From: Microgenomates group bacterium RBG_16_45_19
Lineage (GTDB): Bacteria > Patescibacteriota > Microgenomatia > UBA1400 > RBG-16-45-19
DNA length: 64,000 nt
Assembly: GCA_001803415.1 (NCBI GenBank)
Contig: MHDC01000040.1
Location: 21,869-85,868, forward strand
Reading direction: 5' to 3'
Shown: positions 1 to 10,444 of the stretch, piece after piece
How positions within the stretch are numbered: position 1 is the first letter of the stretch
How the letters are laid out: each line of letters starts with the position of its first letter
Made by a program: the position numbers and the translations under genes
Notes under the pieces: model-generated
The model's input: only the letters and a program-made list of their open reading frames with translations
What the model was told of the DNA's origin: nothing
Database searches by the model: none

Positions 1-1
1 C

Positions 2-697
2 GTTCAACCGGTTCCAGATTACTACCAGAAACTGACTCAATCACTTAAAGGCAAAACCATCGGTATTCCCACTGATCTTTATGGTGACGGTCTTGATGAG
101 CCAATTAAGACTGCTATTCTCAAGCAAAAAAAAGTATTTCAAGCCTTAGGTTTAAAATTGGTCGAACTTAAAATGCCCCTGCTTCGTTACGGTTTAGCCG
201 TTTACTATTTGATCGGTCTTAGTGAAACCAGTTCCAATCTAGCTCGTTATGACGGTCTCCGTTTTGGCCAAGATAGACACTTTTTTACCACGGAAACCAT
301 GAGACGAATTATGATTGGTACCTATGCTTTGTCCGCCGGTTATTATGACGCTTATTACCGTCAAGCTCAAAAAGGTCGGACTTTACTGATTCGTGAATAC
401 GACCAAGCCTTCACCCACTGCGATGTCTTGCTCATGCCAGTTAATCCTATCTCGCCCCCCAAATTTGGTGAACTGATTGCCGATCCCCTGACCAATATTA
501 TGGCTGATATCTATACGGTGACCCAAAACCCCGTTGGTCTTCCTTCCTTAGCTGTCCCTTGTGGCTTCACTCCAAACCAATTGCCAATTGGCCTGCAATT
601 AGTCGGTCAACTCTTTGCTGAAGATCTTTTATTAGCCATTGGCCACCAATACCAGCAAGTGACCACCTGGCACCTGCAAAAGCCCCAACTTCTATGA
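2..697 (+). CDS. gatA: Glutamyl-tRNA(Gln)/aspartyl-tRNA(Asn) amidotransferase subunit A, C-terminal part (5' end off-window)
   Basis: Frame 2 is open from the window edge (VQPVPDYYQKLTQSLKGKTIGIPTDLYGDGLD...) and runs into the listed 158..697 ORF. Amidase-family C-terminus (SETSSNLARYDGLRFG, SAGYYDAYYRQAQK, GLPSLAVPCG). The TGA overlaps the gatB ATG (ATGA, 694-697). Confidence 0.9.
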   Translation, partial: VQPVPDYYQKLTQSLKGKTIGIPTDLYGDGLDEPIKTAILKQKKVFQALGLKLVELKMPLLRYGLAVYYLIGLSETSSNLARYDGLRFGQDRHFFTTETMRRIMIGTYALSAGYYDAYYRQAQKGRTLLIREYDQAFTHCDVLLMPVNPISPPKFGELIADPLTNIMADIYTVTQNPVGLPSLAVPCGFTPNQLPIGLQLVGQLFAEDLLLAIGHQYQQVTTWHLQKPQLL

Positions 698-2055
698 AAA
701 CCTATCTTCCTATCATCGGCCTGGAAATCCATGTTGAGCTGAGAACTAAATCCAAAATGTTTTGCGGCTGTCCCGCCGATCATTTTGGCAAAGAGCCTAA
801 TACCCAAACTTGTCCGGTCTGCTTAGGCTTACCCGGAGCCCTACCCGTCCCCAATCAGCAAGCCATCATCTGGACTTTAATGATTGGTCAAGCTTTTAAC
901 GCCACTCTCAATCTTGAGTCTAAATTTGACCGCAAACATTATTTTTACCCCGATTTACCCAAAGGCTATCAAATCAGCCAGTACGATGAGCCGCTCTGTA
1001 GTGGGGGAGTGGTAACTTTGCCTGAAGGTGTCATTTCCCTAACCCGGATCCACTTGGAAGAAGATACCGGTAAACTTCAACATACTACTTTGAATGGTCA
1101 ACCGGTCAGCCTGGTCGATTTTAACCGCTCCGGCGTCCCCTTAGTCGAAATCGTCTCCGAACCCCAAATTCACTCGGCTGCCACCGCTAAGACTTATGCT
1201 CAGACCATCAGGCAAATCATCCACTTTTTGGGTGTCTCCGACTGCGATATGGAGAAAGGCTCCATGCGCCTTGAGGCTAATATCAGCTTGATGTCCATAA
1301 ATCCCGGATCTAAACCTCAGACAGATCCGGGATTTATTAGGTTGCCCCAGTATAAAGTTGAAGTCAAAAACATCAATTCCTTCCGTTTTTTAGAAAAGGC
1401 GATAAACGCCGAAATCCAACGCCAAACCGCTATTTTAGACCGCGGTCAACTGCCCCGACAGGAAACTCGAGGCTTTACCGAAGTTACCGGCACTACCAAA
1501 TCTCAGCGTTCTAAAGAAGCAGCCAAAGACTACCGCTATTTCCCGGAACCGGATATTCCGCCGCTTAAATTTACTCCCAGTCAATTCAAAACACTTATTC
1601 CCCAGTTACCCCTGATGCCTCAAGCGTACCTCGACCTTTTTATCAAGACATATGACCTTCGACCGGATTATGCCCAGACTTTAACCGCCTCGCCTAAACT
1701 GGCCGCGAAGTCTCTGGCCGCTTTCATATTAGCTCAAAAACAAGGTCTTGATCCCGCGGCTTTAGCCAACCTGATGATTAACCAAAAAGCGATCACGGTC
1801 AAATTGTCGCCTTCAGCCTTGGTCAACTTGCTTCAATCTAAAATCAAAACATCTCAGCCACAGTCTAAGACTACCACCTTAATGCCCTTAGTTCGTGAAG
1901 TCCTTAAGCAAAATCCGGATTTGGTTACCAAATATCACCAAGGCAAAGTTAGCGTCATTGGGGCTTTGATTGGTGCCGTTAAAAAACTAAGTCCCTCTCC
2001 GGTCGATCCCCAGACAGTACAACAGTTGCTAACTCAAGCCTTGGCCCAAAAATGA
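694..2055 (+). CDS. gatB: Glutamyl-tRNA(Gln)/aspartyl-tRNA(Asn) amidotransferase subunit B
   Basis: 453 aa. Motifs GLEIHVEL, Cys cluster CGCP...CPVCLGLPGALP, HLEEDTGK, NRSGVPLVEIVSEP, YRYFPEPDIPP. Translationally coupled to gatA. Confidence 0.95.
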   Translation: MKTYLPIIGLEIHVELRTKSKMFCGCPADHFGKEPNTQTCPVCLGLPGALPVPNQQAIIWTLMIGQAFNATLNLESKFDRKHYFYPDLPKGYQISQYDEPLCSGGVVTLPEGVISLTRIHLEEDTGKLQHTTLNGQPVSLVDFNRSGVPLVEIVSEPQIHSAATAKTYAQTIRQIIHFLGVSDCDMEKGSMRLEANISLMSINPGSKPQTDPGFIRLPQYKVEVKNINSFRFLEKAINAEIQRQTAILDRGQLPRQETRGFTEVTGTTKSQRSKEAAKDYRYFPEPDIPPLKFTPSQFKTLIPQLPLMPQAYLDLFIKTYDLRPDYAQTLTASPKLAAKSLAAFILAQKQGLDPAALANLMINQKAITVKLSPSALVNLLQSKIKTSQPQSKTTTLMPLVREVLKQNPDLVTKYHQGKVSVIGALIGAVKKLSPSPVDPQTVQQLLTQALAQK

Positions 2056-2082
2056 TTAAATGGCTTTATACTGATTCTTATT

Positions 2083-5000
2083 ATGCCAGATTTTGTTCAT
2101 CTCCACGTTCATTCGGAATACTCTCTCTTGGATGGCTTGGCTAAAATCCCTAAATTAGTCGAACGGGTTAAAGCCCATGGCCAATCAGCCGTGGCTTTAA
2201 CCGACCATGGCGCCATGTATGGCTGCGTCCATTTTTACAATGCCTGTCAAGAAGCTGGCCTTAAACCGATCATTGGGGTGGAAACTTATTTTGCCGAAGT
2301 CTCTCGTTTTAATAAACAATCCCGGCCGGGAGCCGATCAATTCCATTTGCTTCTCTTGGCCAAAAATGATCAGGGTTACCATAACCTCCTCAAACTTATT
2401 TCCTTGGCTCATTTGGAGGGTTTTTCCTACAAAGCCCGCATCGATTGGGAGAGTTTGAGCCAATATCACGACGGTCTTATCGCTACCACTGGTTGTGCCT
2501 CTGGTCTAATCCCCAAAAAATTACGTGATCACCGAGATGAGGAAGCCATAAAATGGATCAAACAGTTTCAAACTCTGTTCGGTTCTGATTTCTACGTCGA
2601 AATCCAGTCTCACCCCTCCCTCCCGGAAATTGAACCGTTGCGGGACCAAATGGTTGACTTGGCTAAACGCTACGGTTTGCCTCTTGTGGCTACCAATGAC
2701 GTCCATTACGTCGATGCGACTGACGCTTCCGCCCAAGACGCTCTCTTAGCCATCCAAACCAGAAAAACTCTTAATGATCCCAATCGGTTGTCTATGCTCG
2801 CTTCTCCTGATTACTACCTCAAAAGTAGTGCCGAAATGGTCGAAGCCTTAGCCGCCTATCCCGAAGCCTTAGCCAATACCCTCAAAATTGCCGACCAGTG
2901 TCAAGTCAGCTTACCCATCGGCAAAATGATTTTCCCGGAATATCCGCTTCAATCCGGGGCTACTCCTGAGAGTACTTTGCATCAGATTACTCATACTCGA
3001 CTGGCCGATCGTTTTCCTCAAGCCTCGACGGCCATTCTCGACCGTTTAAACTACGAACTCGATGTCATCTGTCAAAAAGGCTATGCCTCTTACTTCTTAA
3101 TCGTTCAAGATTTTGTAAACTGGGCTAAAGCCCAAGGCATCCGGGTTGGGCCGGGTCGGGGTTCGGCTGCCGGCTCGCTCGTCTCTTATGTCTTAAGGAT
3201 TACTTCAATTGACCCGCTCCAACATAATTTGCCCTTTGAACGCTTTATGAATCCCCAGCGGCCGTCACCGCCCGATATTGATATTGATATTGCTGATGTA
3301 CACCGGGATGAAGTCATCCGTTACGTGGCTAATAAATACGGTGAAGACCACGTGGCTCAAATCATCACCTTCGGCACCATGGAAGCCCGGGGTGCCATTC
3401 GGGATATCGGTCGGGTTATGGGCTTACCTTATGCTGAGCCCGATAAGATCGCTAAATTAATCCCCTTGGGTTACACCATTGACGAAGCCTTGTCTTCTAC
3501 TCTGGAACTTCAAGAATATTACCGCCAACCCAATTACCGGCGTTTGTTGGAACTGGCCAAAAAAGTTGAAGGTAACGCCCGTCATGCCTCCACCCATGCC
3601 GCTGGGGTGGTCATTGCCGATAAACCCTTGACCGAATATACCCCAATTCAGCGGGAAAGCCGGGGCGGTAAAATTGTCACTCAATACGATATGTACGCTT
3701 TGGATTTAAATATTAACGAAAACGCGATCGGCTTGTTAAAAATGGACTTTTTAGGTCTTAGGAATCTCTCTATCTTAGGCCAAGCCGTAGACTATGTGGC
3801 TCAGGCTCATCAGCACACCGTCGATCTCTCCAACCTCCCCCTGGATGATCCCGATGTCTTTGCCCTTTTATCTAAAGGTGAAACCACTGGTATTTTCCAG
3901 CTCGAATCGCCGGGAATGCGCCGGGTGGCCCAAAAATTAAAACCCAGCCGCTTTTCGGACATCACCGCCATGGTCGCTTTGTATCGTCCCGGTCCGATGC
4001 AACTGATTGACGATTTTATCGCCGGTAAAAATGACGCCGCCAAAATCCATTATCCCCATAAAGATCTCAAACCGGTGTTGGAGGAAACCTACGGCATTCC
4101 CGTTTATCAGGAACAAGTACTCCAAATTGCCCATGTCTTTGCCGGCTATAGTCTGAGTGAAGCTGACATTTTACGGCGGGCAATCGGTAAAAAGAAAAAG
4201 TCGATTTTAGACAAAGAGAAAAAGCGCTTTATCCAAGGATCACAAGCCAACGGTTACACCGTCAAGGATGCTGAAAAAATTTGGGGTTTTATTGAAAAAT
4301 TTGCCGGTTATGGGTTCAATAAAGCCCATTCCGCCTCTTACGCCATGATCGCCTACCAAACGGCCTATCTCAAAGCTAAATATCCGGTCGAGTACATGAC
4401 AGCGCTGCTCTCCGTCGAATCCGCTTCGCACTCCGCGGCCAAAGATGATAAGGTCAACCAGGGGATTGAAGAGTGTCACCGCATGGGCATCGTGGTGCTG
4501 CCCCCAGATATTAATGCTTCTCGAGCTAATTTTACTATCGAAGCTCATCCACCGTTGTTAGAACACAAGGCTATTCGTTATGGTTTGGGTGCCATCAAAA
4601 ACGTCGGTACCAGTGCCATTACTTCGATTATTGAGACCAAAGCTACTCACGGTCCCTTCACTTCCCTCACTGATTTTCTTGAAGCCGTTGATAGTCAAAA
4701 GGTAAACAAAAAGGTTTTAGAAAGTCTCGTCAAAGTTGGTTGTTTTGATCGCTTTAAAACCCGACGGGCTATCCTCGAAGCTCTTGACCAATTGCGTCAA
4801 CAGGTCCTCTTGAGTCACAAAGCGCGCCACCAGGACCAGACTGGTCTATTTACTACCGAAGCGATTGGCACCGACACCTTTGTCAACCTGCCCGAATTTC
4901 CACTCAACGTTTTAAGCCAATATGAAATCGAGTTGTTGGGGACCTCTCTCAATCAAGCCGGCAAAGTCGACTTAACCAGCCTCATCACCCAACAGGGTGC

Positions 5001-5505
5001 TACCCCTTTAAGTCAAATTGATGAATCTCTGATTGGTCAAACATTAACCGTCATCGGCCGGATCAAAACCGTCCGTCAAATTACCACTAAAAACAGTCAT
5101 CTTCCTATGGCCTTTGTCACTCTAGGCGACAACGGTCAGGCCTTAGATTTAGTTTTCTTCCCCAAAAGTTATCAGCAGGCTGCGTCCAGTCTGATCGCGG
5201 ACAACTTGCTCGTGGCCAAAGGCACTCTCGACCAGCGTACGGATCGACTCTCTCTCATCGTTTCCGGTTTTGAAGCGGTGACCGATACCACCGCCCCGGC
5301 CGCCAATACCTTAAACCTACCCCGGGATACTTCTCCGGCTACCCTGAAACAACTTGGACAGCTCCTAAAACAGCATCCCGGTCCAGATCAGCTCGTCATT
5401 CAAATTGTCAGCGGCAGTCGGCCGCAAACCTTAAAACTGCCCTATACCGTTGATTTTTCTCCATCCGTGAAGGACCAAATCGCCAGCCTCCTCCAATCCA
5501 GCTAA
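2083..5505 (+). CDS. dnaE: DNA polymerase III alpha subunit
   Basis: 1140 aa. PHP motif FVHLHVHSEYSLLDG, polymerase core GPGRGSAAGSLVSYVLRIT and PPDIDIDI, LKMDFLGLRNL, GIFQLES, C-terminal OB-fold-like region. Confidence 0.95.
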   Translation: MPDFVHLHVHSEYSLLDGLAKIPKLVERVKAHGQSAVALTDHGAMYGCVHFYNACQEAGLKPIIGVETYFAEVSRFNKQSRPGADQFHLLLLAKNDQGYHNLLKLISLAHLEGFSYKARIDWESLSQYHDGLIATTGCASGLIPKKLRDHRDEEAIKWIKQFQTLFGSDFYVEIQSHPSLPEIEPLRDQMVDLAKRYGLPLVATNDVHYVDATDASAQDALLAIQTRKTLNDPNRLSMLASPDYYLKSSAEMVEALAAYPEALANTLKIADQCQVSLPIGKMIFPEYPLQSGATPESTLHQITHTRLADRFPQASTAILDRLNYELDVICQKGYASYFLIVQDFVNWAKAQGIRVGPGRGSAAGSLVSYVLRITSIDPLQHNLPFERFMNPQRPSPPDIDIDIADVHRDEVIRYVANKYGEDHVAQIITFGTMEARGAIRDIGRVMGLPYAEPDKIAKLIPLGYTIDEALSSTLELQEYYRQPNYRRLLELAKKVEGNARHASTHAAGVVIADKPLTEYTPIQRESRGGKIVTQYDMYALDLNINENAIGLLKMDFLGLRNLSILGQAVDYVAQAHQHTVDLSNLPLDDPDVFALLSKGETTGIFQLESPGMRRVAQKLKPSRFSDITAMVALYRPGPMQLIDDFIAGKNDAAKIHYPHKDLKPVLEETYGIPVYQEQVLQIAHVFAGYSLSEADILRRAIGKKKKSILDKEKKRFIQGSQANGYTVKDAEKIWGFIEKFAGYGFNKAHSASYAMIAYQTAYLKAKYPVEYMTALLSVESASHSAAKDDKVNQGIEECHRMGIVVLPPDINASRANFTIEAHPPLLEHKAIRYGLGAIKNVGTSAITSIIETKATHGPFTSLTDFLEAVDSQKVNKKVLESLVKVGCFDRFKTRRAILEALDQLRQQVLLSHKARHQDQTGLFTTEAIGTDTFVNLPEFPLNVLSQYEIELLGTSLNQAGKVDLTSLITQQGATPLSQIDESLIGQTLTVIGRIKTVRQITTKNSHLPMAFVTLGDNGQALDLVFFPKSYQQAASSLIADNLLVAKGTLDQRTDRLSLIVSGFEAVTDTTAPAANTLNLPRDTSPATLKQLGQLLKQHPGPDQLVIQIVSGSRPQTLKLPYTVDFSPSVKDQIASLLQSS

Positions 5506-5519
5506 TGTTACAATAACCT

Positions 5520-7202
5520 ATGCCATTAAGGACCAAATATATCTTCGTTTCTGGTGGGGTTCTCTCCGGGGTGGGTAAGGGTACCGTCACTGCCTCATTA
5601 GCCTTGCTCCTTAAAAGCCATGGTTATCGGGTGACTGTCGTTAAATGCGAAAATTACCTAAATTTGGATGCCGGTCTGATCAATCCCATTGAACATGGTG
5701 ATCCCTTTTTATGTGAGGATGGTGCCGAGACCGATATGGACATCGGTACCTACGAAAAATTCTTAAACCAAAATTTAGGTTTGGACAATTTCATCACCAT
5801 GGGTCAAATTTATCATCAAGTAATTAATCAGGAACGTAACTTTTTCTATCGGGGTGAGGATGTCGAGGCGATTCCTCATGTCACTGATGAAATTATCCGC
5901 CGCATCCACGTCGCCGCCGACAAGGATGAGGCAGAAATCTGTGTGGTTGAGTTGGGTGGTACTGCTGGCGAATACCAAAATGCCCTTTATTATGAAGCCG
6001 CTCGACTCATGACTGCGGTCAATCAGACCACCGTTATCCATGTTCATGTCAGCTATTTACCCACGCCACCTCACTTGGGTGAACCCAAGACTAAGCCAAC
6101 TCAATTATCGGTAAAAACTTTAAACTCTATGGGTATCCAACCCAACTTCATCGTGGCTCGTTCGACTGCCCGTCTAGATCAACGTCGTCGGCAACGTTTT
6201 TCCTTATTTTGTTCCGTTACCCCTTCTCACATTATCGATGCTCCCGACCTGTCCAGCGTTTATGAACTACCCCTAATCCTGGCTGACCAAAACTTTGACC
6301 AACTCTTACTTAAAGATATGGGTTTACGTGCCAAACCCAGACAAATGTCTGCCTGGAAAAGTTTGGTTAAAAAAATCCAATCACCCAAAAAAGGTCAGGT
6401 TAAAATCGCTATTGTCGGTAAATACTTTGCCACGGGCGCTTACCATTTGCGGGACGCCTACGCCGCCCTTTATGATGCCCTTGACCATGCTACTCTCTTT
6501 CACGATTTAACTCTGGAAGTCATCGGCCTGGACAGTCATAAAGAGACTGACCTTCCGGCTCAACTAAAAGTCGCTGACGGCATTATTGTGCCCATCGGTT
6601 GGGGTCCCCGGGGTGTCCCCGGTAAACTGGCCGCCATTCAATACGCCCGTGAGCACCAAGTCCCTTATTTAGGCTTGTGCTTTGGCATGCAGCTAGCGGT
6701 GGTGGAATTCGCCCGCCACTTGTTAAATCTCAAAACCGCCCATTCTACCGAAATTGATCCCCATACCCAAGATCCCGTCATCCACAGTATTCCCTTTGAT
6801 CCCAAATACCAACGGATTAAGGGCGACGGTACCAGCATGCGTCTTGGAAGTTATGACTGTCTGGTCAAACCTAAAACCTTAACTTACCAAATTTACGCCA
6901 AACACCACGGCTTTATTAATCCGGCTAAAGGCTTGGTGGCCGAACGTCATCGCCACCGTTATGAAGTCAATAACACTTATCGCCAAACCTTAGCCACGGC
7001 CGGTTTAGTCTTTTCCGGCGTCAGTCCCGACAACTTTTTTGTCGAAATGATCGAATTACCTCCCAAAATCCACCCCTTCTTTATTGGCACTCAAGGTCAC
7101 CCGGAATATAAATCCCGTCCCTTAAAGCCCCATCCTTTATTCTTGGAATTCATCCGGGCCGCTTATCTTCATCACCATCAAGGCCGGCTTGCCAAGACTT
7201 AA
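5520..7202 (+). CDS. pyrG: CTP synthase
   Basis: 560 aa. N-terminal KYIFVSGGVLSGVGKG. Glutamine amidotransferase half with YLGLCFGMQ, HRHRYEVN, GTQGHPE. Confidence 0.95.
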   Translation: MPLRTKYIFVSGGVLSGVGKGTVTASLALLLKSHGYRVTVVKCENYLNLDAGLINPIEHGDPFLCEDGAETDMDIGTYEKFLNQNLGLDNFITMGQIYHQVINQERNFFYRGEDVEAIPHVTDEIIRRIHVAADKDEAEICVVELGGTAGEYQNALYYEAARLMTAVNQTTVIHVHVSYLPTPPHLGEPKTKPTQLSVKTLNSMGIQPNFIVARSTARLDQRRRQRFSLFCSVTPSHIIDAPDLSSVYELPLILADQNFDQLLLKDMGLRAKPRQMSAWKSLVKKIQSPKKGQVKIAIVGKYFATGAYHLRDAYAALYDALDHATLFHDLTLEVIGLDSHKETDLPAQLKVADGIIVPIGWGPRGVPGKLAAIQYAREHQVPYLGLCFGMQLAVVEFARHLLNLKTAHSTEIDPHTQDPVIHSIPFDPKYQRIKGDGTSMRLGSYDCLVKPKTLTYQIYAKHHGFINPAKGLVAERHRHRYEVNNTYRQTLATAGLVFSGVSPDNFFVEMIELPPKIHPFFIGTQGHPEYKSRPLKPHPLFLEFIRAAYLHHHQGRLAKT

Positions 7203-7235
7203 GGGCCTTGTTACAATACCCCGGATCCAAATTTT

Positions 7236-7598
7236 ATGGCTAATTCTTTCACTCATCAAACCCATGCCTATCATGTCGGGGATCATGTCGCCGTCTACCA
7301 AAAGATTGAGGAAGAAGGTAAATTAAGAACTCAAGTCTTTGATGGGGTCATCATTGCCATTAAGGGTAGGGGAGCCGGCCAAACTTTTACCGTTCGTAAA
7401 ATTGCGGCGGGTAACATTGGTGTCGAAAGGATCATACCGGTTCACTCACCTCGTTTAGACAAACTGGTTATTAAGAGTCACGGTTCGGTTCGTCGCGCCA
7501 AGTTGTACTATTTGCGCTCCCGGAGCGGCCGCCTGGCCCTAAGAGTCAAGGAAAAAAAGACCACTACCACTCCACCCAAATCCAAGTCCAAAGCTTGA
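7236..7598 (+). CDS. rplS: 50S ribosomal protein L19
   Basis: 120 aa. FDGVIIAIKGRGAGQTFTVRKI, GVERIIPVHSP, RRAKLYYLR; short Lys/Thr-rich tail. Confidence 0.9.
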   Translation: MANSFTHQTHAYHVGDHVAVYQKIEEEGKLRTQVFDGVIIAIKGRGAGQTFTVRKIAAGNIGVERIIPVHSPRLDKLVIKSHGSVRRAKLYYLRSRSGRLALRVKEKKTTTTPPKSKSKA

Positions 7599-7624
7599 TC
7601 TTCACCTCCGGATAAGGCTATAAT
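7595..7624 (+). promoter_or_regulatory. Candidate sigma70-type promoter for the tRNA pair
   Basis: TTGATC (7595-7600), 18-nt spacer, TATAAT (7619-7624). The tRNA-Lys 5' end lies 16 nt downstream. Confidence 0.4.
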
Positions 7625-7640
7625 TCCCCTGATATTTCTT

Positions 7641-7712
7641 GGGCCCGTAGCTCAGCGGTAGAGCGACAGCCTTTTAAGCTGTGCGTCGAAGGTTCGATCC
7701 CTTCCGGGCTCA
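7641..7712 (+). tRNA. tRNA-Lys (anticodon UUU)
   Basis: 72-nt cloverleaf folded by hand. Acceptor GGGCCCG/CGGGCTC (one G-U), D arm GCTC-AGCGGTA-GAGC, anticodon stem ACAGC/GCTGT with loop CT-TTT-AA, T arm GAAGG-TTCGATC-CCTTC. No encoded CCA. Confidence 0.9.
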
Positions 7713-7719
7713 CCCACTT

Positions 7720-7794
7720 GGCCCCATCGTCTAGTGGTTAGGACAACGGGTTTTCATCCCGTAAACCAGGGTCCGACTCCCTGTGGGGTCACCA
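7720..7794 (+). tRNA. tRNA-Glu (anticodon UUC), CCA encoded
   Basis: Acceptor GGCCCCA/TGGGGTC, D arm GTCT-AGTGGTTA-GGAC, anticodon stem ACGGG/CCCGT with loop TT-TTC-AT, T arm CAGGG-TCCGACT-CCCTG. Discriminator A, then CCA at 7792-7794. Confidence 0.9.
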
Positions 7795-7863
7795 ATAGGG
7801 GATTGATTTATAAGCATACTTTCCCTGCTGGAAATTTGGTTTAAGTCCCATTAAGCTGGATTA

Positions 7864-8541
7864 ATGAATCGGTTTCAAGCTCATTGGGGTGAGTACTTGG
7901 GCGATGCCGTCTACGGCGCCCTGGATGGCACGGTCACCACTTTTGCCGTCATGGCTGGTGCCGCCGGCGCCCATCTCTCCACCCCTGTAATCATGATTAT
8001 GGGTTTAGCCAACCTCTTTGCCGACGGCTTTTCCATGGCCGTGGGCAATTATCTCGCTCAAAAAAGTTATAACCAATTTATCGACCGGGAACTAAACGAT
8101 TCTCTGGCTCAGATTAAAGCGGACGACGACCAAATTAGTCATATGATTAGTCGGTCTTATCGTCGCCAAGGCTTTTCCGGCCATACCTTGCGCCATATAC
8201 TGCACGATCTGCGTCGTCACCCGAAAATCTATGCTCAGGAAGCCCTAACCGCCCAAAAACTGGCAACTCAACCCCGCCACCCGGTGACTAGTAGTCTGGT
8301 AACCTTTATTGCCTTTGTCCTGATCGGTCTCATGCCCATCTTACCGATCCTCCTTATCCCTCAGCTTAATTTCTGGTCTACTTTCGGTTTTATCGCCCTG
8401 GTATTATTCCTGGTCGGTTCGCTCCGTTCCTACATTTCTTTGGTTACCTGGTACCGCGGTGGTTTAGAAATCATGCTGGCCGGTCTTGGTGCTTCCCTGA
8501 TCGCCTTCACCATCGGCTCAATCCTCAGTCAACTGGTTTAA
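7864..8541 (+). CDS. VIT1/CCC1-family (Fe/Mn) transporter
   Basis: 225 aa. DGTVTTFAVMAGAAGA and LANLFADGFSMAVGNYL at the N-terminus, a helical cytosolic insert, then three C-terminal TM helices. This is the typical VIT-family layout. Confidence 0.75.
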   Translation: MNRFQAHWGEYLGDAVYGALDGTVTTFAVMAGAAGAHLSTPVIMIMGLANLFADGFSMAVGNYLAQKSYNQFIDRELNDSLAQIKADDDQISHMISRSYRRQGFSGHTLRHILHDLRRHPKIYAQEALTAQKLATQPRHPVTSSLVTFIAFVLIGLMPILPILLIPQLNFWSTFGFIALVLFLVGSLRSYISLVTWYRGGLEIMLAGLGASLIAFTIGSILSQLV

Positions 8542-8570
8542 TTTCCCCCTGCCTCAGGTATAATTGAGCC

Positions 8571-10397
8571 ATGGCAACATCGGTCAAGACGGAACTGCTT
8601 GAAACCATCAAACTGGCTTTAACCCAACTCAAACTTAAACCGGTTGAGTTTTCCTTGGAACACCCGGCCAATGAAGCTCATGGCGATTACGCCGCTAATA
8701 TCGCTTTTGTACTTTATCCTCAAGTTGAAGACCAATGGTCAAATCCGCTTCAATTAGCCGAAGCTATTGTTGCTGCCATTAAATTAAAGGTCAGTCATCA
8801 ATCATCATCCATCATCGATTCTGTCTCTGTTGCCGGTCCTGGATTTATTAATTTTAGCCTCAAACCCGAGCATTTCCTTGACTACCTTAATCAGCTCATT
8901 AACTCAAAACAGATTCCTTTGACCACGGATCCTTTCATTAAGCAGCGTATCTGTGTCGAATATACCGACCCCAATCCTTTTAAAGAACTACATCTCGGCC
9001 ACCTATATTCCAACATTATTGGTGAAACCATGGCCCGCCTCTACGAAGCGGTTGGGGCTAAAGTCTGGCGGGCCGATTATTACGGTGACGTCGGCCAGCA
9101 CGTGGCTAAAGCCATTTGGGGCATGCAGCAATTATTAACTCAAACTCATACCACTTTGCCCAATTTAGCCAAAAAATCACTGTTAGAAAGGCAAAAATTC
9201 TTGGGTCAAAGCTATGCTTATGGTGTCAAACAGTTCGAGTCCGACCCTGAAGTTAAAGCCACCATTAATCGCCTCAATCCCTTGATCTATGCCATCGCTC
9301 AAGCTCTCCATCAAGCCAATGGTTGGCAGCCGGTGGTTGAGTATGAAGTCCATGTACCCCAGTCGGATTTTAATCGCGGTGAAATCAGGTCACTTTATCA
9401 ATCTGGTTTGGCTTGGAGTTTAGAGTATTTTGAATCGCTCTATCAATTCCTAGGTACCAAGTTTGACGGTTATTATCCCGAAAGTTTGATGGGGGAGTAC
9501 GGTTACCGTTTAGTCCAACACGGACTCAAACAAGGCGTTTTTACCAAAAGTCAGGGAGCCATCATTTTCCCGGGTGAGAAACATGGCACCCATACCCGGG
9601 TTTTTATTAACAAACTTAATTTGCCTACTTACGAAGCCAAAGAATTAGGCTTAGCACCGGCCAAATACCAAGACTTCCCCTATGACCAATCGCTGATTGT
9701 CACCGGGACCGAAATTAAAGACTACTTCAAGGTGGTCTTAACCGCTATGAAACTGGTTAGTCCTGATTTAGGTCATATAACCACCGTTTTATCTCACGGT
9801 ATGGTCAAACTCCCTCAGGGTAAAATGTCCTCTCGCTCGGGTAATGTTGTTACCGTCCAGGGTTTAATCGCTGAGGCCTCTGCCTATGCCCGCACTCTTT
9901 TTTCCGCCGAGACTCATTTGCCTGCCAAAGCCATGGATCAGATTGCTCAGGCTGTAGGTCTGGCCTCGATTCGTTACGCCTTTCTCAAAGGTGATGTCAC
10001 CACCGATGTTATTTTTGACTTTAAACAATCGATCAGTTTCGAGGGTAACTCCGGACCCTATCTCCAGTATACTTATGCTCGCTGCGCTTCGGTTCTATCA
10101 AAATCCCCATTAAAAATTAAAAACTTTAAATTAAAAATGGGAGCGTTAAATCCGGAAGAGTTGGCATTACTCCGCTGGTTTTACCGCTATCCTGAAGTGG
10201 TTGCCGCTGCTGCTCAAAACCTAACCCCGCACCTGCTATGTACCTACCTATATGAGTTAGCTCATCGGTTTAACCTCTTTTACCACCACCATTTAATTAT
10301 AGGTTCGGATTTCCGTCTGGGGCTGACCACCGCCACCGCCAAGATCTTAAAATCCGGTCTTGAGCTTTTGGGTATCGAGGCACCCGAAAAAATGTAA
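8571..10397 (+). CDS. argS: Arginine--tRNA ligase
   Basis: 608 aa. HIGH-type motif ELHLGHLYSN, KMSKS-like GKMSSRSG, DALR-type anticodon-binding C-terminus ending in M, as is typical for ArgRS. Confidence 0.9.
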   Translation: MATSVKTELLETIKLALTQLKLKPVEFSLEHPANEAHGDYAANIAFVLYPQVEDQWSNPLQLAEAIVAAIKLKVSHQSSSIIDSVSVAGPGFINFSLKPEHFLDYLNQLINSKQIPLTTDPFIKQRICVEYTDPNPFKELHLGHLYSNIIGETMARLYEAVGAKVWRADYYGDVGQHVAKAIWGMQQLLTQTHTTLPNLAKKSLLERQKFLGQSYAYGVKQFESDPEVKATINRLNPLIYAIAQALHQANGWQPVVEYEVHVPQSDFNRGEIRSLYQSGLAWSLEYFESLYQFLGTKFDGYYPESLMGEYGYRLVQHGLKQGVFTKSQGAIIFPGEKHGTHTRVFINKLNLPTYEAKELGLAPAKYQDFPYDQSLIVTGTEIKDYFKVVLTAMKLVSPDLGHITTVLSHGMVKLPQGKMSSRSGNVVTVQGLIAEASAYARTLFSAETHLPAKAMDQIAQAVGLASIRYAFLKGDVTTDVIFDFKQSISFEGNSGPYLQYTYARCASVLSKSPLKIKNFKLKMGALNPEELALLRWFYRYPEVVAAAAQNLTPHLLCTYLYELAHRFNLFYHHHLIIGSDFRLGLTTATAKILKSGLELLGIEAPEKM

Positions 10398-10407
10398 TAT
10401 TTGCCTT

Positions 10408-10436
10408 TTGACTTTCAAATTGCCTCAAGATACAAT
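10408..10436 (+). promoter_or_regulatory. Promoter of the canonical atp operon
   Basis: TTGACT (10408-10413), 17 nt, TACAAT (10431-10436). It lies only 8 nt upstream of the atpB ATG and there is no Shine-Dalgarno sequence. Confidence 0.6.
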
Positions 10437-10444
10437 CCATCTGC

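Noticed and set aside
10101-10140. A/T-rich patch (ccattaaaaattaaaaactttaaattaaaaatgg) inside argS that looked like an inserted promoter or element.
   Set aside because: The reading frame is maintained. It encodes a short Lys-rich linker (SPLKIKNFKLKMG) between conserved ArgRS blocks, most simply a lineage-specific loop.
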